Virus record (IMG/VR): IMGVR_UViG_3300033067_002221
Location: 1 to 59,975 of that record
Reading direction: 5' to 3' (one strand)
From: a virus
Taxonomy: Duplodnaviria > Caudoviricetes
Length of the DNA: 59,975 nucleotides
Shown: one piece after another, positions 47,400 to 56,014 of the stretch
How positions within the stretch are numbered: the stretch's first letter is position 1
Layout of the letters: each line of letters begins with the position of its first letter
Notes under the pieces: generated by a model
Seen by the model: only the letters and a program-made list of their open reading frames with translations
Database searches by the model: none
Told to the model about the DNA's origin: nothing
Position numbers and translations under genes: made by a program

Positions 47400-47418
47400 C
47401 GCGATCTCCTCGTGTCGT

Positions 47419-47504
47419 TGGTGAGCGGTGCGGGAGTCGAACCCGCGCGCGCCGGCCGTCGTTCGGGATCCTTCCGTTCCCCAGCTGCGCGCTCCGGTCC
47501 GCCC
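47419..47504 (-). ncRNA. tRNA-like RNA (T-arm, acceptor stem, CCA; no D-arm or canonical anticodon arm)
   Basis: GGGCGG...GCGGG-TTCGACT-CCCGC-ACCGCTC-A-CCA, intergenic. Confidence 0.55.
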
Positions 47505-47527
47505 GTGCGCCCCTCGCGGGGCGGTCG

Positions 47528-47782
47528 TCAGAACGGCAGCTCCTCGCGCTCATCGAGAGCGATCGTCTCGACGTCGAGCGGCGACTTCGCGAACGCGATC
47601 GCCTTCACGACGAAGAAGCGCCGGCCGCGGTGCTGCCGTGCGAGGCGCTGCGCCTCTTCGAGCGCCAGCTCGCGCGTGACGTGCTGCTTGTTCGGCGTGA
47701 AGTCGCCCCACGCCGCCCCGTTGCGCGCGCCCGGCTCGCACCAGACGAGGAAGAAGCAGTCGCCTTCGCGGATCGGGGCCAT
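47528..47782 (-). CDS. hypothetical protein
   Basis: FFLVW...H.TRELALEEAQRLARQHRGRRFFV; ends EELPF. Confidence 0.7.
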   Translation of the reverse strand: MAPIREGDCFFLVWCEPGARNGAAWGDFTPNKQHVTRELALEEAQRLARQHRGRRFFVVKAIAFAKSPLDVETIALDEREELPF

Positions 47783-49077
47783 CAGGCGGCCTCGCCTTCG
47801 CGCTTCGACGGAAGCTGCGGCGCGACCGGCTCGCCCTTGCGGTGCGCCTTGAAGGTCTCGCTCGTGACCTTCTCGATCGCGCCCGCCTCGTGCAGCTTCG
47901 CGAGCACGCGGCGCATCGCGGCGGACTTCTGCCGCCGGATCCCCTGCTCCTCGTGCAGCGCGCCGATCGCGTCCTCGATCGCGCTCTTGCTGATCTTCGC
48001 CGCCGCCTGCGTGCGCTCGGGCCCGAGCTCGTCGCGGAGCACCTCGTACGCGGCGCCGTAGCTGATCTCGTCCTTCTGCTCGAGGACGGGGCCCCACTCG
48101 TTCCCGTTGCCGAGGTCGATCGGGCCGGTCGCCTTCACGTGCGCTTGCAGCGCCGCGCGCATCCGCCGGCCGAGCGCGTCGATCATCGGCAGCATCACCG
48201 CTGCCTTCTGCGCGAGCTCGGGCGCGAGCGGGCCGACTTCGAACGGCGCAGATCCCTCGGCGAGCAGCGCGCGCAGGCGCGACGTCTTCGCGGGGCAGGT
48301 CGCCTCGGAGGGGCAGTAGGTGCAGTGCGGGCCCTCGACGAGCTCGAGCGCCTCGCCCGCGGCGAGCGCGGCGCGCTGGGCCTCGACGCGGGCGGCGCGC
48401 GCTCGGATCCGCGCTTCGATGCGGTCGAGCGCCGCGGCCCGGAGCAGGCTCGTCACGTCCCAGGTGCCGTTGCCCGGGCCCGGGAACACCGCCGCGACGC
48501 GCACCGCCTCGGCGCCCGTGAAGCGCGCCCAGAGGAGCGCGAGCGAGAGCAGCTGCTCGTTCCGGTCGGCCCCGGTGACGTTCGCCGCGTCGCCGCTCTT
48601 GTAGTCGACGACGACGAGCACCGAGCCCACCGGGCAACGCGGCTGCGCGGGCTCGGAGAGGTCGAGCGGCTCGGGCTCCGACCAGATCACGTCGGCCTGG
48701 CCGGGGAGCAGCGCGCCCGCGGGGAGCTCGGGGTAGTCGCCGCGGCCGCCGCGCGTGCGCACGACGCTCCCGTCGACGAGGAGGCAGAGCCCGACCTCGA
48801 CAAGCGCGCCCTCGGGCGGGCACCACGTGAAGGAGCGCAGGCGCGCGCCCACGATCGCGGTCGCCCGCTCGTCGAGGCCCCACCGCTGCGCGATGTCGGG
48901 CCACTGCACGAGCGACGCCTCGAGGCTGTCGGTCCCGCGCAGCGCGAGGGCCTCGTGCAGCGCGCTTCCCTCGTCGGCGGCCTCGTTCTCCGACTCGATG
49001 GTCGGGAGCACCGCGGAGCCCGTGCACTTCGAGAGGAGCGGCTGCCGCGAGGCCGAGCCCAGGATCGCGGCGCTCAC
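47782..49077 (-). CDS. PD-(D/E)XK exonuclease (RecB/Cas4-like, RecE analogue)
   Basis: EGSALHE, GQADVI, VVDYKSG, NEQL, GPHCTYCP...CP; next to recT. Confidence 0.85.
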   Translation of the reverse strand: MSAAILGSASRQPLLSKCTGSAVLPTIESENEAADEGSALHEALALRGTDSLEASLVQWPDIAQRWGLDERATAIVGARLRSFTWCPPEGALVEVGLCLLVDGSVVRTRGGRGDYPELPAGALLPGQADVIWSEPEPLDLSEPAQPRCPVGSVLVVVDYKSGDAANVTGADRNEQLLSLALLWARFTGAEAVRVAAVFPGPGNGTWDVTSLLRAAALDRIEARIRARAARVEAQRAALAAGEALELVEGPHCTYCPSEATCPAKTSRLRALLAEGSAPFEVGPLAPELAQKAAVMLPMIDALGRRMRAALQAHVKATGPIDLGNGNEWGPVLEQKDEISYGAAYEVLRDELGPERTQAAAKISKSAIEDAIGALHEEQGIRRQKSAAMRRVLAKLHEAGAIEKVTSETFKAHRKGEPVAPQLPSKREGEAA

Positions 49078-50069
49078 AGCTTCGTCTCCTGCGCGCCCGC
49101 GGCGGCGATCAGCTCGTCGGCGCGCGCCTTGATCGCGTCGCGCGCGGCCTGGTACTCGGCGTCGGAAAGCGCCTTCACGCGCCCGCCGGCGCTCGCATCG
49201 CTTTCGTCCTCCCAGACGAGCAGCCCGTCGACCGTCGGGCACGCCTTGATCTCGGCGATGATCGCCGACGCCTCGGCGCCGAGCGCGCGCTCGGGCACCG
49301 GCACGTGCGCCGAGACGACGTCCACGTCGACGATCGCGCGGCCGAGGCGATCGAGATCGGCGGGCTTGTCGTCGTCGAGCTCGAGCGTCTTCGCCATCTC
49401 GGTCGACTGCGGCAGCCACTTCCACCCGCGGCGGAAAACGGTCTTGCGCGCCATCTCGTCGTAGTGGTCCTTCCACGGACCCGAGCGCCCGGCCTTCGAG
49501 CCGTTGCGGACGGCGTCGATCTCGTGCCGGTACATCACCTCGCGCTGGACGCTGCCGTCCTTCAGGTGCGCGATCATGTACGCGGCGATCAGCGGGCCCG
49601 GGTCGGTCGGTCCGACCGCCTTCCCCTGCTCGTCGAACTTCGGCACGAACGGCTCGTGATGGATCCGGGGGTTGTCGCCGCGCGCGTAGGTGAAGACGTC
49701 GCGCGCGTGCACGACGGCGACGTCGACGGACGCGATCTCGCCGCTGCGGCGCGCGAGCGCGAGCAGCCCCTTGAACCCGATCACGAGCTGGCAGTCGGTG
49801 CCATAGGGGATCAGGTAGGCGTGACCGAGCGGGCTGTTCGGCTCGAGCCCGAGCTCCGAGCACGCGGCGAGCGCCATGATCAGCGTCTCGGGCTTGCAGT
49901 CCGCGAGCTTCGGCGTGCGCGTGAGCGACGCGAGCGCGATCTTGAGGAAGCGGTCGACCGTCAGGTGCTTCGGGAGCACCGCCTCGAAGCTGTTCTTGCG
50001 CGCCAGGATCATGTCGGCGACCGACCGCGCGCCACCACGCTGCACCATCTGTCCGTTCCCGTTGGCCAT
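49074..50069 (-). CDS. recT: RecT single-strand annealing protein
   Basis: LPKHLTVDRF, LGLEPNSPLGHAYLIPY, IGFKGLLALARRSG, PWKDHYDEMARKTV. Confidence 0.95.
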   Translation of the reverse strand: MANGNGQMVQRGGARSVADMILARKNSFEAVLPKHLTVDRFLKIALASLTRTPKLADCKPETLIMALAACSELGLEPNSPLGHAYLIPYGTDCQLVIGFKGLLALARRSGEIASVDVAVVHARDVFTYARGDNPRIHHEPFVPKFDEQGKAVGPTDPGPLIAAYMIAHLKDGSVQREVMYRHEIDAVRNGSKAGRSGPWKDHYDEMARKTVFRRGWKWLPQSTEMAKTLELDDDKPADLDRLGRAIVDVDVVSAHVPVPERALGAEASAIIAEIKACPTVDGLLVWEDESDASAGGRVKALSDAEYQAARDAIKARADELIAAAGAQETKL

Positions 50070-50124
50070 GCGTCCTCCTCGCGCCGTCGATGCGGCGCTC
50101 ACGTGTGCGTTGGGGGCCGCGCGC

Positions 50125-51675
50125 TCACTGAGCCGCGGCCGCCTCCTCCTCGAACTCGAGCCCCTCGATCGCGAGCGCGCCGTCGTCGACGACCGTCGCG
50201 AAGACCTGCCAGCCGCCCGCGCACGCCTCGCGCAGGAAGTCGTCACGCCGGCTCGGCGCGAGGTGCTCGAGGTGGTCGACGATGAGGATCGGCGCCTTGT
50301 TCAGGCGCTTCGCGATCGAGACCGCGAGGCGCAGCTGCTGCCCCGACGAGAGCGAGTCGATCGCGATCCCGTCCACGCGGATCGCCTCGCCCTCGATCTC
50401 GAGGCCCTCGATCCCGCCGATCTCGGCCATGAGCGCGCGCGGCGCTTCCGTCGCGAGCGCCTTCACGATCGCGTCGAGCCGATCGGCCTCGGCGTTCGCG
50501 GCCTTCGTCTTCTCGGCCGCCGCGACGCGCGCGGCGTTCGCGGCCCGCGCGGCCTCGGCGCGCTCGGCGGCGGCGAGCAGCTCGCGCGCGCGGTCGATCT
50601 CGGCGTCCGCCCGTGCGATCTCGTCCGTCGTGGGCGCGGTCGGGGCGGCGGCGGCGAGCGTCGCCTCGAGCTCGTCGGCCTGGTGCCGGAGAGCGGAAGC
50701 CTCCTTCCGCGCCTCCTCGATCTTGGCGAGCTGCTGCGAGGCCGCGAAGAGGCGCTGCTCGCCGCGCGTGACGGCCGCGCGCGCTTCCTCGACCAGCTGC
50801 AGCAGCTCCGCGAGCTTCGCCCGCGCCCGCGCGACTTCGGACCGCTCCGAGTCGACGGCGACGCCCGCGGCGGTCCACTCGTTCTCGCTGCGCGCGTTGA
50901 GCGCGGCGTCCGCGCGGAGCTTCGCGATCCGATCGCGCGTCCCCGCCGTGCGAGCCTCGTGCGCCTTCGCGGCATCGATCGCCGCGCGCAGGGTCGACGC
51001 GTGACGCTCTGCGATCTGCTGCTGCTCGAAGGCTTCGGCGGGCGAGATCGTATCGGCGGAGACGCCGACGGCCGCGGACGTCGCCTCGCGCGAGAGGCGC
51101 TCGAGCTCCGCGTTCGCGGTCTTCGCAGCCGCGTTCGCCGCGGTCCGGCGCTCGTACGCGACCTTGTGCAGGCGCTTCACGACCTCGAGGCCGTGGCCGG
51201 AGCAGTCGAAGCTCTCGAGCGACGGGACCCACTGGCGCAGGCGCTCGAGCGTCACGGTGCAGGGCACCGCCTCCTGCAGCATCCGCACGCGGTCGGCCGG
51301 CTTCGCGCCGATGAACGAGATCACGTCGAACGCCGACAGCCCGAGGCGCTCCTGCAGCCACGTCTGCGGCTTCATGATCTTCGCGTCGCCGTTGACGACG
51401 GTGGGCTGGCCCACGCCCTTCGCGGTGATCGAGCGCTTCACCGTCGTTCCGTCGTCGAAGCCGACGAGCAGCGTCGTCTTCTCCGCGCCGCGGCGGATGA
51501 CTTCGACGCCGAGGTCGGTGCCGCGCAGCGCGGCGGTGATCGCGTCGAGGTGCGAGGTCTTGCCCGCGCCCTCGTCGCCCGAGAGCTTCAGGCCGTTGCG
51601 GGGCACGTCGATCCGCGACTCGGTGATGCCCCTGAAATTCTCGATCTCGATGCGGCAGATGCGACGGATGGGCAT
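50125..51675 (-). CDS. SMC/Rad50-like ABC ATPase
   Basis: IEIENFRGI, Walker A GDEGAGKT, long coiled coil, LSSGQ signature, ILIVDHLEHL. Confidence 0.88.
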   Translation of the reverse strand: MPIRRICRIEIENFRGITESRIDVPRNGLKLSGDEGAGKTSHLDAITAALRGTDLGVEVIRRGAEKTTLLVGFDDGTTVKRSITAKGVGQPTVVNGDAKIMKPQTWLQERLGLSAFDVISFIGAKPADRVRMLQEAVPCTVTLERLRQWVPSLESFDCSGHGLEVVKRLHKVAYERRTAANAAAKTANAELERLSREATSAAVGVSADTISPAEAFEQQQIAERHASTLRAAIDAAKAHEARTAGTRDRIAKLRADAALNARSENEWTAAGVAVDSERSEVARARAKLAELLQLVEEARAAVTRGEQRLFAASQQLAKIEEARKEASALRHQADELEATLAAAAPTAPTTDEIARADAEIDRARELLAAAERAEAARAANAARVAAAEKTKAANAEADRLDAIVKALATEAPRALMAEIGGIEGLEIEGEAIRVDGIAIDSLSSGQQLRLAVSIAKRLNKAPILIVDHLEHLAPSRRDDFLREACAGGWQVFATVVDDGALAIEGLEFEEEAAAAQ

Positions 51676-51697
51676 GGAATCCTCCTCGGACTGGTCG

Positions 51698-51853
51698 TCA
51701 CGCGGCGCGGCGCGCGGCCGCGAACAGCTGGGAAAAGGCGCGCTCGGGCGTCCGGCCGACGCCCGCGAAGCACGCGCGCGAGGTCTTGCTGGCGCGCGCG
51801 ATCCGCCAGACGCCAGCGATGCGGATCGCGATCACGAAGGCGTCCGGCGTCAT
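51698..51853 (-). CDS. small hypothetical protein
   Basis: ATGA overlap. Confidence 0.4.
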   Translation of the reverse strand: MTPDAFVIAIRIAGVWRIARASKTSRACFAGVGRTPERAFSQLFAAARRAA

Positions 51854-52110
51854 CGGACGGCCTCGCAGGCGGCGACGATGGCCGTCAGCACCACGATCGT
51901 CGGCGTCGTGCCGTTGAACTCCGCGCGCCACGGCTGGCCGTCACGCGTCAGGCGCACGCCGCCGTCGTCGTAGAGCCAGACGCGGACGTCGCCGCGCACG
52001 TAGCCGCCGAAGGCGTTGGCCGGCGCGAAGCCGATCGCCGCGAGCTCGTCGCCGTTCATCTCGGCGGCGGTGCCGAGCGGCGCGGCCGCGATGCGCTCGG
52101 CGGCGGTCAC
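51850..52110 (-). CDS. hypothetical protein
   Basis: Coupled ORF, RBS GAGG. Confidence 0.55.
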   Translation of the reverse strand: MTAAERIAAAPLGTAAEMNGDELAAIGFAPANAFGGYVRGDVRVWLYDDGGVRLTRDGQPWRAEFNGTTPTIVVLTAIVAACEAVR

Positions 52111-52322
52111 GGCTGCACCTCGGCGAGCCAGCGGTCGAAGGCCGGGTGATCGTAGACGGGGTCACACCAGTGGCAGCGCTGGCCCGTCGCGGCGCGCCAG
52201 GCGGCGATCTGCTCGCCGATCCAGGCGATGAACGCGGCCATGGTGCTCGGCCCGCGCGCGTCGAGCGGGCGCCCCGTCGCGCGGCAGAACGCCACGAAGC
52301 GCGGGTTGATGCCGGCGCTCAC
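52107..52322 (-). CDS. hypothetical protein
   Basis: NPRFVAFCRATG...FIAWI...FDRWL. Confidence 0.6.
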   Translation of the reverse strand: MSAGINPRFVAFCRATGRPLDARGPSTMAAFIAWIGEQIAAWRAATGQRCHWCDPVYDHPAFDRWLAEVQP

Positions 52323-52636
52323 GACTCGCCCCCGTAGACGCTCGCGAGCGCCGTCTCGTGGTCGCCGTCCATCGCCTCGGCGTCGCGCTCGGCCGCGCAC
52401 TCCGCGTCCTCGGCCGCGCACTCCTCGCAGAGCGACGCGTGATCGAAGTCCACGACGCCGTGCTTGCGCTCGCCGCAGCCCTCGCAGGCGCGCTCGTCGG
52501 GGCACACCCACTCGCCGCGGTGCTGGTGCATCTCGCAGTCGCACTCGGGGCACTCGGGGCCGCCGGCGTCGGGCTCCATCGCGTCGTAGCGGGCCTGGGC
52601 GGCGTTCAGCTGGCGGCGGGCGGCGGCGTGGTCCAT
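52319..52636 (-). CDS. acidic Cys-rich hypothetical protein, first gene of the left operon
   Basis: RBS AGGAG. Confidence 0.65.
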   Translation of the reverse strand: MDHAAARRQLNAAQARYDAMEPDAGGPECPECDCEMHQHRGEWVCPDERACEGCGERKHGVVDFDHASLCEECAAEDAECAAERDAEAMDGDHETALASVYGGES

Positions 52637-52681
52637 GGCGGGGCTCCTGGTCGCGCTCCGGAGCAGTTTGCCCCGTCGCGT

Positions 52682-52727
52682 GACTAGATATGCGCCTAGT
52701 CGTGCAGCCTGTCAACGACGACTAGTC
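52682..52727 (-). promoter_or_regulatory. PL-like promoter with operator boxes
   Basis: TTGACA on the - strand (52710-52715) flanked by GACTAG-N8-CTAGTC (52682-52701) and GACTAGTC (52720-52727). Confidence 0.7.
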
Positions 52728-52806
52728 ACAAATCGGCCGAGCCCCGGAAATTCAATGTCCGCCGCGGGTGACAGGACGCCCGGCTCGGCGCGAACCTGGA
52801 TCGCAG

Positions 52807-53451
52807 ATGCCCTTCGACCTCGCCGACGCCGAAGCGCTCGCGCAACGCGAGCTGCGCCTCGCTTGCCTCGACGGCCACGACGCGCCCCCGTGGCGCACGC
52901 TCCTCAGCCGCCGCGGCGTGCGCGTCGCGCGCTACGACTCGCGTTCGCCCATCTACCGCGCGAGCGGCGTCGGAGCGCCCGGGCTCGTGAACGGAACACG
53001 CACCGCGTACGTGTGGGACGGCCTGAACGAGCGCGACACCGCGTACACCGCCTGCCACGAATGGTGCCACCTGATCGTCAGCGGCGACGGCCTCGAGCTC
53101 GCGTGCCCGCTCGAGGCGTTCTGCAACCGGTTCGCAGCGGCGGTGCTCACGCCCGCCGACTCTGCGCGCCGCGCATGGAAGGCGGCGCCGCGCGACCTGC
53201 TCGCGATGCACGCGCTCCGGCCGCAAACGTCCGCGTCGGTACTCACGATGCGCGTCGGCGAGCTCGGGCTCGCGCCCATCGCGCTCTACGACCGCAAGGC
53301 GCCGCGCTACTTCGTTGGCGTGCAGCGCTCGCGCGCACTCGACCGGCTTGTGGCGGAGGCGCGGCGCGAAGGATACGCGGCGAACGACTGCGGGCGCGCG
53401 TGGCGCCTGCCGGACAATGAGGCGCGCGTGGGCGTGCTGGTGGCGGCGTAG
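52807..53451 (+). CDS. ImmA/IrrE-family metallopeptidase
   Basis: YTACHEWCH (HExxH) and EAFCNRFAAAVLTP. Confidence 0.85.
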   Translation: MPFDLADAEALAQRELRLACLDGHDAPPWRTLLSRRGVRVARYDSRSPIYRASGVGAPGLVNGTRTAYVWDGLNERDTAYTACHEWCHLIVSGDGLELACPLEAFCNRFAAAVLTPADSARRAWKAAPRDLLAMHALRPQTSASVLTMRVGELGLAPIALYDRKAPRYFVGVQRSRALDRLVAEARREGYAANDCGRAWRLPDNEARVGVLVAA

Positions 53452-53453
53452 CG

Positions 53454-54029
53454 ATGAACGCGCAACGCACAATCGGCCTGGTCTCGGGCGCGGGCTCCCT
53501 CGCGTTCGGTGTGCAGGTCATGAACGGCGACCGCTTCGTGAGCATGTTCGTGGACCCCGGCGGCCGACAGCGGGGCGAGCTGCTCACGTTCGATCGCGAC
53601 GGCGCGCCGCAGCTGGCGGCGGTGTTCGCGGCGGTGCTTGCGCAGGCCGACGCCGTCACCGCGGCTCAGGGCAGCGTCGACGAGTGGTCCGTCGAGATCG
53701 GGGGCGCCGTGTCGTCGACGTCGGAGGCGCGCGCGACGATCTCGATCGGGGGAAGCCGAGAAGACGCGCGGCTGGTCGTCAGCGCGCTCGATGCGACGTC
53801 CCGCCGCGCGCTTTCGGTCGTGGCGCTGGCCGTCGAAGACGCGAACGCGTGCAAGGTCCACATCGAGGCAGCGATCCGCGATGCGGCTGCGGCGGGCGGC
53901 CTCTGCGTCGGGCCGCGAGCGAAGGCGACGGCGCGTGAGCGCGGGCGACAGAATCGGACCGCGATCATGCTCGGGATCTTGGCCGCGCTGATCGCGCTGC
54001 TGTTCGCGTGGTGCCGATCGAACTTCTGA
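53454..54029 (+). CDS. hypothetical protein with C-terminal TM helix
   Basis: AIMLGILAALIALLFAW. Confidence 0.6.
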   Translation: MNAQRTIGLVSGAGSLAFGVQVMNGDRFVSMFVDPGGRQRGELLTFDRDGAPQLAAVFAAVLAQADAVTAAQGSVDEWSVEIGGAVSSTSEARATISIGGSREDARLVVSALDATSRRALSVVALAVEDANACKVHIEAAIRDAAAAGGLCVGPRAKATARERGRQNRTAIMLGILAALIALLFAWCRSNF

Positions 54030-54033
54030 GGCG

Positions 54034-54558
54034 TCAGCGCTTCTGCGGCGCGTCGGGATCGTCGGGCTCCGGCTCGAACACCGCGCCGCCCATCGGCTCC
54101 GTCGGGATCGGCGGGAGTAGGCCATCGCGCGCCGTGCGACGGATCTCCGCGAGCCGCACCATGTAGATTTCGACGGAGAGATCCTTCGCCTTCGCGCTCG
54201 ACGTGCGGCGGTCGGTCTCGGGGTCGTGGTCGAACCAGTAGCGCACAAGGTCGGACGCGTCGCGGTAGGCGTCGGTCCGGCGCACCTGCTCCTTGGCGTC
54301 GAGCGGCGGCCCGGCGTCTTCGGTGGGCTCGACGACGCGAAGGGCAGTGCGGCCCGCCAGTCGCTCGGCGGTCGTGCCGTATGTCCTCGCGAGCACGGTC
54401 ATCGCTTCGTCAGGCACCGGCGCGCCGCGCTCCCATCGGCTCACTGTGATGGCGTCCCGGCCAACGATCACCGCGATCTCCTTCTGCGTCTTGCCGATGG
54501 CCTCGCGCGCCGCCTTGAGCCTCGCGCCTCTGGGCTTGTCGAGCTTGATCGTCGCCAT
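54034..54558 (-). CDS. XRE-family repressor (cI/ImmR-like)
   Basis: RLKAAREAIGKTQKEIA...TVSRWERG HTH; divergent from cro; start may be 54576. Confidence 0.85.
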   Translation of the reverse strand: MATIKLDKPRGARLKAAREAIGKTQKEIAVIVGRDAITVSRWERGAPVPDEAMTVLARTYGTTAERLAGRTALRVVEPTEDAGPPLDAKEQVRRTDAYRDASDLVRYWFDHDPETDRRTSSAKAKDLSVEIYMVRLAEIRRTARDGLLPPIPTEPMGGAVFEPEPDDPDAPQKR

Positions 54559-54566
54559 GGCGCCGA

Positions 54567-54661
54567 GACTAGGCATGCGAATCCCCCGAGAAAATGAGGC
54601 GGAGCGCGAGAAGTCTTGACTAGGCGCCATCGCAAGCGCAACTTACTAGGCATGGCTAGTC
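54567..54661. promoter_or_regulatory. OR-like operator and PR-like promoter region
   Basis: GACTAGGC at 54567 and 54618, near-palindrome ACTAGGCATGGCTAGT at 54645-54660, TTGACT at 54616. Confidence 0.7.
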
Positions 54662-54894
54662 GAAAAGGACGCCGGGCTAACCGAAAGGCGGCCCCGCCGC
54701 GCTGGAACGAACTCGAGAAGGCGCGTGTGGCGGCGGGCATGACGCAGAAGGCGCTGGGCGAACTGCTTGGCGTGGACGCGCTCACGGTCTCTCGCTGGGA
54801 GCGAGGCACCACTCTGCCGAACAAGTTCGTGCGCCCGAAGCTCGACGCCTGCTTTCCGGGCCTCGTGTCGCCGCGCGAGAGCAAGGCGGCCTAG
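54652..54894 (+). CDS. Cro-like XRE regulator
   Basis: LEKARVAAGMTQKALGELLGVDALTVSRWERG. Confidence 0.85.
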   Translation: MASRKGRRANRKAAPPRWNELEKARVAAGMTQKALGELLGVDALTVSRWERGTTLPNKFVRPKLDACFPGLVSPRESKAA

Positions 54895-54898
54895 TCCG

Positions 54899-55129
54899 AT
54901 GCTCCCCGGCCGCGTCCCCGCGCGCCTGCCGCGCTGGCTCGACCGCGCCCTCTGCTTCGCCTTCGGCGTCGCGGGTGTTGCAAACGACGTCGTCGGCGCC
55001 GTCGTCGACTCGCTCCGCACCGCGCTCGGGCGCCCACCGCAGTGGGTGGCCGATGCCCAGCGCCGCACCCCGCCGTGCTCTCGCGACTGCCTCTGCGACC
55101 GCTGCGTCCACCTTGGGAGGTACACGTGA
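54899..55129 (+). CDS. hypothetical protein
   Basis: ATG after cro; Cys cluster. Confidence 0.45.
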   Translation: MLPGRVPARLPRWLDRALCFAFGVAGVANDVVGAVVDSLRTALGRPPQWVADAQRRTPPCSRDCLCDRCVHLGRYT

Positions 55130-55764
55130 CCCGCTCGTCTAGCATCATCCTCCGCATCTACCGCCGTGACCTGCTCGCCGCCGCGGCGTGCGCCAACGGT
55201 CTCGCTGTCTACGACGCGATCGCCGCGATGGCGCTGGCCCGCGGCGACGAGCGCGCGACGAAGCGCCTCCGCCTGCGCTGGACGCCGCTGCACGCGTTGT
55301 GGCTCGCGAGCGCGTACCCGAGCGACGCGCGGTGGCTCGTCGAGGAAGGGATCGTGCCCGCCGTGGCGATGTACGGCGCGCCCCTCGACGGCGCGTCCCT
55401 CGACGGCGCGTCCCTCGACGGCGCGTCCCTCCGCAACGCGTCCCTCGACGGCGCGTCCCTCCGCAACGCGTCCCTCCGCAACGCGTTCCTCGACGGCGCG
55501 TCCCTCCGCAACGCGTCCCTCGACGGCGCGTCCCTCCGCAACGCGTCCCTCGACGGCGCGTCCCTCGACGGCGCGTCCCTCCGCAACGCGTCCCTCGTCG
55601 GCGCGTCCCTCGTCGACGCGTCCCTCCGCAACGCGTTCCTCGACGGCGCGTATTGGAGCAAGTCGCGCCCCGCTCCCGACGGGTGGACCCACGACCCGCC
55701 GCGCGCAGATCGCGATTGGGTCGTCCTGCGTCGCGCCGAGCCGGCCGCGAAGGCGGCGGAGTAG
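55126..55764 (+). CDS. pentapeptide repeat protein
   Basis: About 18 x (G/N)ASL(D/R); GGGAGG RBS. Confidence 0.85.
   Translation: MTRSSSIILRIYRRDLLAAAACANGLAVYDAIAAMALARGDERATKRLRLRWTPLHALWLASAYPSDARWLVEEGIVPAVAMYGAPLDGASLDGASLDGASLRNASLDGASLRNASLRNAFLDGASLRNASLDGASLRNASLDGASLDGASLRNASLVGASLVDASLRNAFLDGAYWSKSRPAPDGWTHDPPRADRDWVVLRRAEPAAKAAE
55375..55650 (+). repeat. 15-bp tandem repeat (about 18 units)
   Basis: TCCCTCGACGGCGCG and TCCCTCCGCAACGCG units. Confidence 0.95.
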
Positions 55765-55768
55765 AACC

Positions 55769-56014
55769 ATGCCGAGGCATTCGACCGCGCGTGTTCCCGC
55801 TCTCCGTCGGCCGATCACGCTGGCGCAGCTGCCTGCCGCGCCCTCGCGTCCGTTGCGCGTCGAAGATGACGTGGTCGCGACGTACGAGCCGACGCGGGTC
55901 GGTCGCATCAGGAAGCTCCGTACGCCGCTCGACGCCGAGATCGTCTGGGCGGATGGACTCGTCGGCGAGGTGCCGGTCACGTACCTGCGGCTCGCGGGTG
56001 AGGCGTCGTCGTGA
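55769..56014 (+). CDS. hypothetical protein (SH3-like beta fold possible)
   Basis: Coupled ORF. Confidence 0.5.
   Translation: MPRHSTARVPALRRPITLAQLPAAPSRPLRVEDDVVATYEPTRVGRIRKLRTPLDAEIVWADGLVGEVPVTYLRLAGEASS

Noticed and set aside
47419-47504. Canonical tRNA gene call
   Set aside because: No D-arm and no 7-nt anticodon loop; kept only as tRNA-like
47782-49077. CRISPR-associated Cas4
   Set aside because: Adjacent to recT with no cas1/cas2 or array; better explained as the recombination exonuclease
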